64,000 bases of DNA from an uncultured Ignavibacteriales bacterium (GCA_964464605.1 CAYXJN010000001.1:1-64000); one strand, 5' to 3'; positions 49,506 to 60,437 are shown, counted from the stretch's first letter. Numbers and translations: made by a program. Notes: generated by a model not told the origin, from the sequence alone.

Positions 49506-50756
49506 TTAGATGCTGCCGACTACCAGCGAGACATTATGACCACCAAAACCGAATGAATTGGAAAGAGCGTACTTTACCGGTACGGAACGTTTTGTATGAG
49601 GAATATAATCGAGATCGCACAATGGATCGGGATTGTCCAGATTGATGGTCGGATGTACTTCTCCGGTCTCGATTGATTTCAGACAGGCTACTAATTCGAT
49701 TGCCCCGGCTGCTCCAAGTAAATGACCGATCATCGACTTGGTGGAATTAACCGCAACTTTGTAGGCATGATCACCCATGACATCCTTAATGGCCTTGGTT
49801 TCCGCAACGTCACCAAGGTCGGTCGACGTGCCATGCGTGTTGATATAATTGATTTGATTCGGCTGCAATCCGGCATCGGCAATGGCTACCCGCATAACCC
49901 GTTTGATACCGAGTCCTTCCGGATGCGGCGCCGTAATGTGGTACGCGTCCGAGGTCATCCCGACCCCCATAATTTCACCGTAGATTTTCGCGCCCCGGGC
50001 TTTGGCCGAATCATATGATTCCAGTACCAAAATCGCCGCTCCCTCACCCATCACAAATCCGTCCCGGTCTTTATCAAACGGTCGTGACGCCTTTTCCGGT
50101 GCATCATTGCGCGTCGAAAGCGCTTTGCACTGACAGAACCCGGCTAACGAAGAGGGAGTTATCGTGGCCTCCGCACCACCGGTAATCATAACATCCGCTT
50201 CCCCGCGCTGAACGATACGGAACGCGTCGGCCAATGCGTGCGACGAGGTCGCACAGGCTGATACGGTCGCGTAGCTCGGACCGCGAAATCCATATTTGAT
50301 GGAAACTAATCCGGCGCTGATGTTGATAATCATCATCGGAATGAAAAAGGGAGAGACTCGATCGGGACCTGAATTTTCAAGCAGCGAATGCTGTTTTTCG
50401 AATGTACTGATTCCGCCGATTCCGGAACCGATGACAACGCCGACGCGATCCGGGTCCATTGCCTTCGGATCGATTTTGGCGTCTTTAATCGCTTCATCGA
50501 CAGCCACCATGGCGTATTGATTCGACAGATCCATCCGCCGTACCTCTTTTTTATCGATGACGGCGGAGGGGTCGAAATCTTTTACCTGTGCGGCGATAGT
50601 TGTCGGATATGGCTTGGTATCAAAACGATCTATTTGACCGGCGCCTGAGCGTCCGGCAAGCAGACTGGTCCAATAGGCGGCAACGGTGTTACCCACCGGA
50701 GACACCACCCCCATACCGGTAACGACAACGCGACGATTCATACTCGAAGCAGACAA
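49506..50756 (-). CDS. fabF: 3-oxoacyl-ACP synthase II
   Basis: RRVVVTGMG, SACAT, HGTST, KSMIGHLLGAAG, NSFGFGGHN. Confidence 0.96.
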   Translation of the reverse strand: MSASSMNRRVVVTGMGVVSPVGNTVAAYWTSLLAGRSGAGQIDRFDTKPYPTTIAAQVKDFDPSAVIDKKEVRRMDLSNQYAMVAVDEAIKDAKIDPKAMDPDRVGVVIGSGIGGISTFEKQHSLLENSGPDRVSPFFIPMMIINISAGLVSIKYGFRGPSYATVSACATSSHALADAFRIVQRGEADVMITGGAEATITPSSLAGFCQCKALSTRNDAPEKASRPFDKDRDGFVMGEGAAILVLESYDSAKARGAKIYGEIMGVGMTSDAYHITAPHPEGLGIKRVMRVAIADAGLQPNQINYINTHGTSTDLGDVAETKAIKDVMGDHAYKVAVNSTKSMIGHLLGAAGAIELVACLKSIETGEVHPTINLDNPDPLCDLDYIPHTKRSVPVKYALSNSFGFGGHNVSLVVGSI

Positions 50757-50765
50757 TTGCTTGTC

Positions 50766-51008
50766 TTACTTTCCTTCTTCCGAATGTTTCTGGATATAGT
50801 CAATTGCATCGCCGACGGTGACGATTTTTTCGGCGTCTTCGTCCGGAATTTCAATTGAAAATTCTTCTTCCAGCGCCATTACCAGTTCAACGGTATCAAG
50901 GGAATCAGCGCCGAGATCATCAACAAACTTCGCGCGTTCGGTCACCTGGCCGGCTTCAACGCCAAGCTGTTCGACAATAATCTCTTTGACTCTTTCTTCT
51001 ACCGACAT
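50766..51008 (-). CDS. acpP: Acyl carrier protein
   Basis: [20 protein letters not shown]. Confidence 0.97.
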   Translation of the reverse strand: MSVEERVKEIIVEQLGVEAGQVTERAKFVDDLGADSLDTVELVMALEEEFSIEIPDEDAEKIVTVGDAIDYIQKHSEEGK

Positions 51009-51056
51009 TCACAACTCCTTGTTTTCTGTATGTTCTTCAATACGTTTTAATCACAC

Positions 51057-51785
51057 TTACAACGACATACCGCCGTCGATCGCCAGCACCTGACCGGAAA
51101 TATAGGCCGCCTCGTCCGAAGACAAAAAGACCACGGCTGATGCGACATCGTCCGGCGTTCCCGGTTTACCGAGCGGGATATCCCGTAAAAAATTTTCTTT
51201 CGCCGCTTCGGGGATGTTTTTGGTCATTTCTGTTTCAATATAGCCGGGGGCAACTGCGTTCACCGTTATTCCACGTCCGGCAAGTTCTTTGGCTGCCGAT
51301 TTCGTCAACCCTAACAAACCTGCTTTCGATGCCGAGTAATTCGCTTGTCCGGCATTTCCCATTAATCCCACTACCGAACTGATATTCACAATCCGGCCAA
51401 ACCGCTGTTTCATCATATACCGGGCGGCGGTTTTCGTGACAAGAAATGCCCCCTTCAAATTGATGTCAAGCACCATATCCCAGTCCTGTTCGCTCATGCG
51501 AATCAACAGAGTATCACGGGTAACCCCGGCATTATTAACGACCACATCGATTTTCCCGTAGGTCTCAGTGACTGTTTTGAACAAAGCTTCAATATCTTCC
51601 TGAACGGTCACATTGGCCTTAATTCCAACTGCTCCCTTGATCTCTTTCGCAGTTGCCGCAACCAGCTCTTCGTTGACATCGCTGATAATCACCGTCGCGC
51701 CGAGCGCTGAAAACTTTTCAGCGATGGAACGCCCGATCCCCCGACCGGAACCCGTGACTATGGCTGTTTTACCGGAAAAATCCAT
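51057..51785 (-). CDS. fabG: 3-oxoacyl-ACP reductase
   Basis: TGSGRGIG, NNAGVTRD, NYSASK, fab operon context. Confidence 0.95.
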   Translation of the reverse strand: MDFSGKTAIVTGSGRGIGRSIAEKFSALGATVIISDVNEELVAATAKEIKGAVGIKANVTVQEDIEALFKTVTETYGKIDVVVNNAGVTRDTLLIRMSEQDWDMVLDINLKGAFLVTKTAARYMMKQRFGRIVNISSVVGLMGNAGQANYSASKAGLLGLTKSAAKELAGRGITVNAVAPGYIETEMTKNIPEAAKENFLRDIPLGKPGTPDDVASAVVFLSSDEAAYISGQVLAIDGGMSL

Positions 51786-51811
51786 TTTCCTTATTCCTGT
51801 TATCCCTACTG

Positions 51812-52744
51812 TTATGCGTTTGCCATCGCGAACGATTCAATATCAGCAAGAGTGTCGATATTGATCAACCGTTCCGCATTCATTTCCCGTTTGGCCATTC
51901 CGGTTAACACTTTGCCGGGGCCGATTTCGATAACCGTGGCAACGCCTGCATTGTTCAAATAGTTCATCGTGTCAGCCCATCTGACCGGAGCGGTGATTTG
52001 CTGCACTAATAATGATCTAATTTCTTCTGCTTTCTGTACCGGCCCGGCGGTCACGTTCGCAATCACCGGCTGTTTCGCATTGTTAATAGCAACCGACTGT
52101 AAATGCTGCTGCATGCCTAAACGGGCAGGTTCCATGAGCGGTGAGTGAAACGCACCGCCGACTTCAAGCGGCAATGCTCGTTTGGCGCCGGCCTGTTTAG
52201 CTAAGCCCATTGCTTCTTCTAAAGCGGAAAGTTCACCGGAAATAACAATCTGATTAACTGAGTTCAAATTCGCGGCAACAACGATTCCTTTGGCTGCTGC
52301 TTTCGCGCAGACATCACGAACTGCTGCTTCTTCCAGTCCGATAATCGCCGCCATGCTTCCCGGGTTTTTCTGGCATGCTTCTTCCATCAGCGTTGCCCGT
52401 TTGACGACCGCTTTGACGGCATCGGCAAACGAAAACGCGCCGGTCGCGGCAAGGGCTACATATTCACCGAGCGAATGCCCGGCGGCAAAATTAAATTCAG
52501 GAACATTATCTTCAAGCACTGTCAAAACCGCCAGTGAATGCAATAGAATCGCCGGCTGGGTGTAGCGGGTCCGTTTGAGTTCATCAGCCGGACCTTCAAA
52601 GGAAATTTTGGCAATATCAGCTTTTAGTTCTGCCGATGCCAACGCATACAATTCCCGAACTGCGGCAGAGTGCTCGTATAAATCTTTTCCCATCCCCACG
52701 TATTGCGAGGCTTGACCCGGAAATAAAAGCGCCGTTTTACTCAT
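51812..52744 (-). CDS. fabD: Malonyl-CoA:ACP transacylase
   Basis: FPGQASQ, GHSLGEY, GAFHSPLM, EIGPG; start set at ATG 52744. Confidence 0.95.
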   Translation of the reverse strand: MSKTALLFPGQASQYVGMGKDLYEHSAAVRELYALASAELKADIAKISFEGPADELKRTRYTQPAILLHSLAVLTVLEDNVPEFNFAAGHSLGEYVALAATGAFSFADAVKAVVKRATLMEEACQKNPGSMAAIIGLEEAAVRDVCAKAAAKGIVVAANLNSVNQIVISGELSALEEAMGLAKQAGAKRALPLEVGGAFHSPLMEPARLGMQQHLQSVAINNAKQPVIANVTAGPVQKAEEIRSLLVQQITAPVRWADTMNYLNNAGVATVIEIGPGKVLTGMAKREMNAERLINIDTLADIESFAMANA

Positions 52745-52767
52745 GGTGAAATAATTCCTTAATTTAA

Positions 52768-53757
52768 TTACCAGCGAACAAGCGCTGAACCCCACGTTAA
52801 CCCTGCACCAAAAGCGGTCATGAGGATATAATCCCCATCCCGTATCAGCCCTTCCCGGTTCGCTTCATCTAAGGCAAGCGGGATAGAGGCTGCGGACGTG
52901 TTGCCGTATTTATGAATATTCAAATAGATCTTATCCATGGAAAGATTCAGCCGTTTCGCTATCGCTTCGATAATGCGAATGTTCGCCTGATGCGGAATCA
53001 ACAGCGATACCTGCGACGGGGAAATACCGGCATCTTCGATAACTTTAACAGAAGCCCGTTCCATTTCCCGAACGGCAATCTTGAAAATTTCCGAACCGTT
53101 CATAATTAATTTATCACTGCCGTCTTCGTTGAAAGTGGCATCGTACGGATTAATTGTTCCGCCCCTGTTGATCCAAAGCAACTCGCGATAGCCGCCGTCA
53201 GATTTTACAAACGTAGAAAGTATTCCGCTTCCATTCGGGCTTGCGCTCAATACCACCGCTCCGGCGGCATCACCAAACAGCACACAGGTGCTTCGATCGG
53301 TGTAATTCACGATCGAACTCAGTTTTTCACAGCCAACCACCAGAACATTTTTATAGGTACCGGATTCGATATACGATTTCCCAAGAGAAAGCCCGCTGAT
53401 AAACCCGGTGCAGGCCGCCGCGATATCGAACGCGAACGCATTTTTCAATCCGAGTTTTTCCTGCACGATACAGGCATTGGAGGGAAGCCGGTAATCCGGC
53501 GTAACCGTGCCGATCACGAGCAAATCGATTTCTTCAACCGGAATATTTGCCATGGCAATCGCATTGCGACAGGCTGCCACGGCCATGTCGGAACCGGCGA
53601 TGGTATTGTCGGCGATACGCCGCTCTTTAATACCGGTGCGGGTAACGATCCACTCGTCTGATGTGTCTACTATTCGCGCGAAATCATCGTTGGTCATCCG
53701 CCGTGGTGGCGTATACGACCCGGTCCCGATTATCCGTGCTTTTGGCTTTTGATCCAT
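52768..53757 (-). CDS. fabH: 3-oxoacyl-ACP synthase III
   Basis: DTSDEWI..RTGI, AACTGF, PHQAN, GNTSAAS, FGAGLTWG; start set at ATG 53757. Confidence 0.95.
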   Translation of the reverse strand: MDQKPKARIIGTGSYTPPRRMTNDDFARIVDTSDEWIVTRTGIKERRIADNTIAGSDMAVAACRNAIAMANIPVEEIDLLVIGTVTPDYRLPSNACIVQEKLGLKNAFAFDIAAACTGFISGLSLGKSYIESGTYKNVLVVGCEKLSSIVNYTDRSTCVLFGDAAGAVVLSASPNGSGILSTFVKSDGGYRELLWINRGGTINPYDATFNEDGSDKLIMNGSEIFKIAVREMERASVKVIEDAGISPSQVSLLIPHQANIRIIEAIAKRLNLSMDKIYLNIHKYGNTSAASIPLALDEANREGLIRDGDYILMTAFGAGLTWGSALVRW

Positions 53758-54784
53758 TTGATTTTCCAAAATGATTCGTGACGAGTTCGTCATGAATTCG
53801 TTCAATAGTCTTCTTCGATGCCATATCATGAGCGGCAATAATCGCATTGCATATCGCTTTGGCGTTGGAGGAGCCGTGGCAAATCATCACGATACCATCC
53901 ACGCCCAAAAGCGGCGCGCCGCCGAATTCCGAATAGTCAAAACTTCCTTTCAGGCGGCGAAAGAAGGGAAGCATCATCAGTACGCCGATGCGTGAAAACA
54001 AATTCGTTTGCACCTGCCGTTGAATGCGGGTCATTAACAACGGCTGCACCGATTCTGCGAATTTCAGCAGAATGTTACCGGTGAACCCGTCTGTTACTAC
54101 CACATCAACCGTACCTGACAAAATATCCCGTCCTTCAACATTTCCTACAAAGTTGATACTGGATTCGCGAAGCAGCTCCAGCGCATCAAAAATTAGTTCG
54201 TTCCCTTTGCTCCGTTCTTCGCCGATTGATAACAGCCCCACCCGGGGTGCATCAAGATTAAACCGCACCGAGGCATAGACAGAACCCATGACCGCGAACT
54301 GCGACAGGTGCATCGGTTTACAGTCCGCGTTGGCGCCGACATCCAGCGTAACGGTCGGACGGCCGGTGGAAGTGGGAAACACAGCGGTAATCGCAGGACG
54401 GCTGACCCCTTCGATACGACCAAGCGTCAACAGCGAGGTTGCCATTACCGCACCGGTATTACCGGGAGATACAAATGCATCCGCTTCCCGACGTTTCACC
54501 ATCTGGATACCGACAGATATCGAACTGTCGCGCATCTTGGCGCCGTCGGTAGCGGCCATCTTCATTGTCACTTCGGTTTCGGCGTGATGCACCGACACAT
54601 TGGTCGGAACATTCTGAACAGCCGATAAGGCTGCGCGAATTTTTTCTTCGCTGCCGACCAACGCAACATGAACGGATGAACCGATTTTTTGAGCGGCTAA
54701 AAGACCACCCTCGACAATCGTTGCAACACCACGATCCGCCCCCATGACATCGAGAGCCACCGTATAGGTATGGGTATCATTCAT
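53684..54784 (-). CDS. plsX: Phosphate acyltransferase
   Basis: ALDVMGAD, SPGNTGA, DVGANAD, IGEE..KG, GNVEG, DGFTGN, HGSS. Confidence 0.95.
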   Translation of the reverse strand: MNDTHTYTVALDVMGADRGVATIVEGGLLAAQKIGSSVHVALVGSEEKIRAALSAVQNVPTNVSVHHAETEVTMKMAATDGAKMRDSSISVGIQMVKRREADAFVSPGNTGAVMATSLLTLGRIEGVSRPAITAVFPTSTGRPTVTLDVGANADCKPMHLSQFAVMGSVYASVRFNLDAPRVGLLSIGEERSKGNELIFDALELLRESSINFVGNVEGRDILSGTVDVVVTDGFTGNILLKFAESVQPLLMTRIQRQVQTNLFSRIGVLMMLPFFRRLKGSFDYSEFGGAPLLGVDGIVMICHGSSNAKAICNAIIAAHDMASKKTIERIHDELVTNHFGKSNGSKAKSTDNRDRVVYATTADDQR

Positions 54785-54823
54785 AGAATGCGAGTGACAA
54801 TCTCCCTTTGTCCAAAGGTGTAC

Positions 54824-55006
54824 TTAGGCTTCTTTCGGTGAAACGACCATTTCGCCATCATAGAAACCGCAATTGGCGCAGACCCGATGCGGCATCTTCG
54901 CCGAATGACATTGCGGGCAGGTACTGAGCGCCGGGCGATCCAGCTTCCAATGCGTACGGCGTTTCCGGCCGCGGGTAGCTGAGTGGCGTCGTTTTGGATT
55001 TGGCAT
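54824..55006 (-). CDS. rpmF: 50S ribosomal protein L32 (Zn-ribbon form)
   Basis: MPNPKRRHS..R..KRRTH, CPQC..PHRVCANCGFY; AAGGAG RBS. Confidence 0.95.
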   Translation of the reverse strand: MPNPKRRHSATRGRKRRTHWKLDRPALSTCPQCHSAKMPHRVCANCGFYDGEMVVSPKEA

Positions 55007-55093
55007 GACATTCTCTCCTTATATATGTACGTTCACTACTCTCACTATTATTCAAATCTCGTTCGTTTCCAAGACGAAAGAGTGTCGGGGCGG

Positions 55094-55122
55094 AATCTAT
55101 ACCGCACCGGCTATTTTATCAA
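55094..55122 (-). promoter_or_regulatory. Putative internal promoter for rpmF-plsX-fab
   Basis: Minus strand TTGATA-N17-TAGATT, overlapping the end of the GT C-terminal half. Confidence 0.4.
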
Positions 55123-55647
55123 CTCTGTAACCACAGCCGACCACTTCTGTTTCAGCCTATCCCTATCTGCAAAGGCGAGCGAGCGCTGTAACACCTCACG
55201 GTTCATGTACTTATCGCGATTTTCCGCAATTTTTTCGATCGCTTCAACCAGCCGTTCCGGAGCGGTTTTTTCGTCAGTTATGTCAACCGCCAGTCCGCCG
55301 CCGGTTTCCCGAATAATTTCCTCGCCGGCGCCGCCCGCACGGCAAATAGCCGGGCAGCCACAGAGAATCGACTCAATATAGACCATTCCGAACCCTTCCC
55401 CTTCTGAGGGAAGCACGAAAACAGTCGCTTTATCATACTCTTGCACAAGCGATGGAACGCGTTGAATCCATCGTACAAACGGATACTGCGTCAGGTTCAG
55501 TTGTTGTTCCAACGCACCTTTGCCGACAACCGTCCATTGGATTTGTTTTCGCGCGGCAAGCAGCTTTCCTGCTTCCACACACAAATCAATCCGCTTTCGC
55601 GGCACCAGATTAGCGATTGTTAACAGCTGCCAATCGGGCATGAGCAT
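55111..55647 (-). CDS. GT4 glycosyltransferase C-terminal (nucleotide-sugar binding) half
   Basis: IANLVPRKRID, VVGKG, FVLPSEGEGFGMVYIESILCGCP; start uncertain (ATG 55647 or 55641, or a frameshift from the upstream ORF). Confidence 0.7.
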   Translation of the reverse strand: MLMPDWQLLTIANLVPRKRIDLCVEAGKLLAARKQIQWTVVGKGALEQQLNLTQYPFVRWIQRVPSLVQEYDKATVFVLPSEGEGFGMVYIESILCGCPAICRAGGAGEEIIRETGGGLAVDITDEKTAPERLVEAIEKIAENRDKYMNREVLQRSLAFADRDRLKQKWSAVVTELIK

Positions 55648-56104
55648 GCGATATGTAGGCCTGATCAACCGGCAGATGAATCAAGCTCGATTTTTCCTTA
55701 TACCGATCTCCGTACGCCTGCATGAACACCGTCATCGGATATTCACCGATGAACACCAATGACACTGCGCGATCCAACACCGGACGCGCCAGACGCATAT
55801 ACAACGGAGATTTACAAATGCTAAAAATATCAATACCGACACAGACCAATGAATAGCGGCGGCGGCATAACCAGGCCAGCACACCGGCCGGATAAATCCA
55901 AAACGCGAGGATCGGTCCACGTGATGCAAGCACAGTACCGAGCGTTTTCAAAAGATACCAGAACAGTTTGAACGGATTATAACTGAATCCTTCATGGCCG
56001 ATAATCCTGTGCTCTCCCCCTATGAGATCGAGCATATTTTTGATAAATATCCCGGCAAACGGCTTGGCGCTGTGGGGATAGTTGTGAGTCAGTATCGTTG
56101 CCAT
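55610..56104 (-). CDS. GT4 glycosyltransferase N-terminal half
   Basis: ILTHNYP..PFAGIFI, WIYPAG, GIDI, LIHLPVD; reads in a different frame from the C-terminal half. Confidence 0.6.
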   Translation of the reverse strand: MATILTHNYPHSAKPFAGIFIKNMLDLIGGEHRIIGHEGFSYNPFKLFWYLLKTLGTVLASRGPILAFWIYPAGVLAWLCRRRYSLVCVGIDIFSICKSPLYMRLARPVLDRAVSLVFIGEYPMTVFMQAYGDRYKEKSSLIHLPVDQAYISHAHARLAAVNNR

Positions 56105-56115
56105 GACAATGTTTC

Positions 56116-56304
56116 TTAGTTTCCGATTCCGAAAAATGAAAACACAGTGTGACGAATATCGGTATCCAACAGTATCAATGCCGCCAAACAAGGGATGAAC
56201 AAGGCAATATGAACAACTAACCACCAGCGGCTTTCCATAAACTGGCCGGATTTTTCAATCGTACCAGCGGCGCTTTGTTCTGCTTTTTCCCGAATCCGTT
56301 TCAT
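56116..56304 (-). CDS. Small (62 aa) single-TM membrane protein
   Basis: ATG overlaps the yceD stop (TAATG); hydrophobic WWLVVHIALFIPCLAALILL. Confidence 0.55.
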   Translation of the reverse strand: MKRIREKAEQSAAGTIEKSGQFMESRWWLVVHIALFIPCLAALILLDTDIRHTVFSFFGIGN

Positions 56305-56777
56305 TACTGCTCCACCTGCTGACATTTGCAGGGGCCATCATTCAAGTTCGCTTTACAGTTCACACAAAGCCCTTTGCAATCTTCTGAGCATAACGGGCTG
56401 ATATCCATGGCCAGAATAATGCTCTGCCGCGCGATATTGCGCACATCGGCGATATGGCCGCTGTGGTCGAGATAGACATACTCTTCATCATCAATCGCAT
56501 CGTCGTCGTCATGCAGTCCTTCCGGGCAGATCGTAAAATCAGCGACGTTTTTCAAACTGGCTCGGAACTGCCGCAAACAGCGGGCACACTCCATCATCAC
56601 ATCCGATTCGAACTCCCCTTTGCAGAAGTATTCCTCACCGGATTTGTGCATGAGCAGATTGCAGGTGACTTCGTTGATCGAGACAATGAAGTCAAAATCG
56701 GCCGCAATTTCCCCGTCCGCCGCTTTGATAACAGCCCGGGCCGGGAACTCCTCATAATGTCTAACGTCAATAACCAT
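56304..56777 (-). CDS. yceD: DUF177/YceD-family protein
   Basis: ECARCL, PLCSEDCKGLC.NC.ANLN..PC.C; near rpmF. Confidence 0.88.
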   Translation of the reverse strand: MVIDVRHYEEFPARAVIKAADGEIAADFDFIVSINEVTCNLLMHKSGEEYFCKGEFESDVMMECARCLRQFRASLKNVADFTICPEGLHDDDDAIDDEEYVYLDHSGHIADVRNIARQSIILAMDISPLCSEDCKGLCVNCKANLNDGPCKCQQVEQ

Positions 56778-56785
56778 AACTGGTT

Positions 56786-56814
56786 AGGATACGGAGAACC
56801 CCCCGGAAAGTCAA
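56786..56814 (-). promoter_or_regulatory. Putative promoter for a near-leaderless yceD transcript
   Basis: TTGACT-N17-TATCCT-N8-ATG; no SD sequence. Confidence 0.55.
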
Positions 56815-56914
56815 GGCATACTCAAAGCCTATCACCTGAGCCATCCCCTTGAAACATAACGAGATATGCTACCTATTGGCTTGGAATAGGAGCTACAAAG
56901 GTAAGTTTGAAACG

Positions 56915-57841
56915 CTATTGCTTTTCCAGTTTGAATTGAATCTTATAAGAATAGAAATCAATATTGGAGGTCACGCTCAGTGCTCGCTTGATTTTGATAT
57001 CATCCTCAAAGGCAATAATGATTCCCCGAACCGTCTGATTATCTTCTGCCAACTCATCCTTTACATATCCCATATAGCGTTGGATTTGCCCAACTACGCG
57101 ATCACTGGCTCTACCCCGCTTCAACTCGATTACTACAAATTCCTTTTTGTCTTTGCTGCGAGCTAAAATATCAATAGGTCCGGTATCACTCTGAAACTGC
57201 CGACCAACTTCTTCCCCGTCTACTTCATAGATATCATACAATTTACCAAGTTCCGTGGACTTCCAGTTTTTTATCAAAAATTCTTCTAAATGTTCTTCCA
57301 AAGCAAAGGTAGATGGATCCTCTATACTTGAATCCGTTGCCACGATGGAAGGAAATTGATTGCTGGTAAGTAACGTTTCAATTTCCACCGTATACTTTGA
57401 TAAAGATATTAGGGTGCGAGGTACTCCTAACACATTTTTTAATGGCTCACTTAGGCCATCCCGCATGATTGTCTTTGGAAACCATCGAACAGGGCGTTGG
57501 TGCGGCAATGATGCACCGACGTGAAACTCATAACTGCCTGTAACTTCTCCGACGTAATAGTCACCTTTACCAGAGGGGCAAAGGACTACATCCCCAATTT
57601 GCATGCCTTTAAAAATAGCCCACATCATGCCACCGGCTATTACGGCAACAGCTTTTTCTTTATCGGGGTGTTTCTTAAAATAAAGCGGAACAAACTTTTC
57701 ATTAAAGTCGCGCTGAGTACCTACCTGCAAATTTGTTAAATCTTCCTTGGCAATAAAGTCTGCACCGATAAAATTACCTTTGTAGGCTTCGTCAGCAAAT
57801 ACATGTTTGCGCCCGAGTATAACGCGGTAATAATTCTTCAT
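56915..57841 (-). CDS. PD-(D/E)XK endonuclease (NucS/YhcG-C-like) with N-terminal EVE/PUA-like domain
   Basis: LEEHLEEFL..NW, GPIDILA..VVIELK, VVGQIQRYMG, VRGIII; N-terminal MQIGDVVLCP..YYVGEV..Y..HQRPVRW. Confidence 0.8.
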   Translation of the reverse strand: MKNYYRVILGRKHVFADEAYKGNFIGADFIAKEDLTNLQVGTQRDFNEKFVPLYFKKHPDKEKAVAVIAGGMMWAIFKGMQIGDVVLCPSGKGDYYVGEVTGSYEFHVGASLPHQRPVRWFPKTIMRDGLSEPLKNVLGVPRTLISLSKYTVEIETLLTSNQFPSIVATDSSIEDPSTFALEEHLEEFLIKNWKSTELGKLYDIYEVDGEEVGRQFQSDTGPIDILARSKDKKEFVVIELKRGRASDRVVGQIQRYMGYVKDELAEDNQTVRGIIIAFEDDIKIKRALSVTSNIDFYSYKIQFKLEKQ

Positions 57842-57863
57842 AGTTCTGATTGCTGAAAGAATC

Positions 57864-58520
57864 CTACTTATCAGCTTGAACGTGCGACATCTGCATCGCG
57901 TAGATTTTTTTGATTACGGAAATCAGAGCAACAACAGAAACAAGGGAGCACAATCCGGTTAATAACTCCAAAGCAGTCGGCAAGACCAACTGTTCGGCGG
58001 GGAGGTTTTCATTATACAATCTATCCGCCATCGCGCTAAACGCCGAGGCAATAACCCAAAACCAGAACCAGCGTAAAATAAGTGGTTCATCCGGTTCGTT
58101 TTGCCATGCGGATGGGTTCTTGCTGGTTTTCCAAATCTCATTCATAATTTTCGGAATGAAAAACAGATTGGCGAGCGGCACAAAAAACCAACCGATTGCC
58201 GCTCCCGGTGAAAATTTCATTCCCTGCGCACCCAACTGTCGAACGTTCAGATTCGCCTGATGCACCCAATAGAGAAGCAGAAAAAAGTTTACTACATAGA
58301 TAACAAACAGACCGATGAAAAAGGTGAGCATGCTGATACGAATCGACACCAGAACCAGATGCCGGTTATCCTCCAACGCCGTTGGATTGGACTGCATGAA
58401 AAATGCGAAGATGAGGAGCAAAAGCCAGATGATCGATCCTGCGACCGAAAACAGCAGGTTGAACCTAAGCCAAAGAATTAGCTGATTGGTTAATTTCGTC
58501 GGATCGACAAAATGTTTCAC
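57864..58520 (-). CDS. DUF4328-like membrane protein
   Basis: WVHQANLN, FSPGAAIGWFFVPLANLF.P..MNEIWKTS; four TM segments. Confidence 0.7.
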   Translation of the reverse strand: MKHFVDPTKLTNQLILWLRFNLLFSVAGSIIWLLLLIFAFFMQSNPTALEDNRHLVLVSIRISMLTFFIGLFVIYVVNFFLLLYWVHQANLNVRQLGAQGMKFSPGAAIGWFFVPLANLFFIPKIMNEIWKTSKNPSAWQNEPDEPLILRWFWFWVIASAFSAMADRLYNENLPAEQLVLPTALELLTGLCSLVSVVALISVIKKIYAMQMSHVQADK

Positions 58521-58553
58521 TCCCGCCTCCCGCCGTTAAAGTTAATTAGCTAA

Positions 58554-58976
58554 CTATAACTGTCGATTGCCGTTTTCTTTGGCAATTTTAATTCGATTGG
58601 CTTGCTTTTCCATATTCGCACGGATGGATGGAAGATCGATTTCTGTTTCACCCTTCCCGGCAGAAACTAACCGATGTTTGTCCCGGTCATATTCTTCCTG
58701 CGCTTTTTGGACATCGATGTCGGATGCGTATTCGACTTCTTCAGCTAACAATGTTGCGACATTGTTGGAGACTTCCAAAAACCCACCCGCGACCGCCAGA
58801 ATATGGACTTTGTCGTTCGCATCACGATACTCGATCTTCCCCGGCTTCAGCGCGGTGATAAGCGGTGCGTGATGCGATAAAATTCCGACATAGCCGTCGA
58901 TACCGGGAGCAACGAGGGATTTAACATCCGCCTCGCAGAACACTTTTTCCGGCGTGACAATGGTGAGTTTAAACAT
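58554..58976 (-). CDS. atpC: ATP synthase epsilon subunit
   Basis: IVTPE, GILSHHAPL, GGFLEV. Confidence 0.95.
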   Translation of the reverse strand: MFKLTIVTPEKVFCEADVKSLVAPGIDGYVGILSHHAPLITALKPGKIEYRDANDKVHILAVAGGFLEVSNNVATLLAEEVEYASDIDVQKAQEEYDRDKHRLVSAGKGETEIDLPSIRANMEKQANRIKIAKENGNRQL

Positions 58977-58985
58977 GCCTAACTA

Positions 58986-60413
<1,428 letters not shown>

Positions 60414-60437
60414 TTATCTTCAATATAGATTAACGTG

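Noticed and set aside
53684..53757. 74-bp plsX/fabH overlap
   Set aside because: PlsX has a non-conserved C-terminal run-on; both proteins look complete, so probably trivial
56849..56914. Possible integron attC site after the nuclease (GTTATGT, a hairpin, TTGAAAC direct repeats)
   Set aside because: No matching RYYYAAC core on the correct side and no integrase; the hairpin may just be a 3' stem
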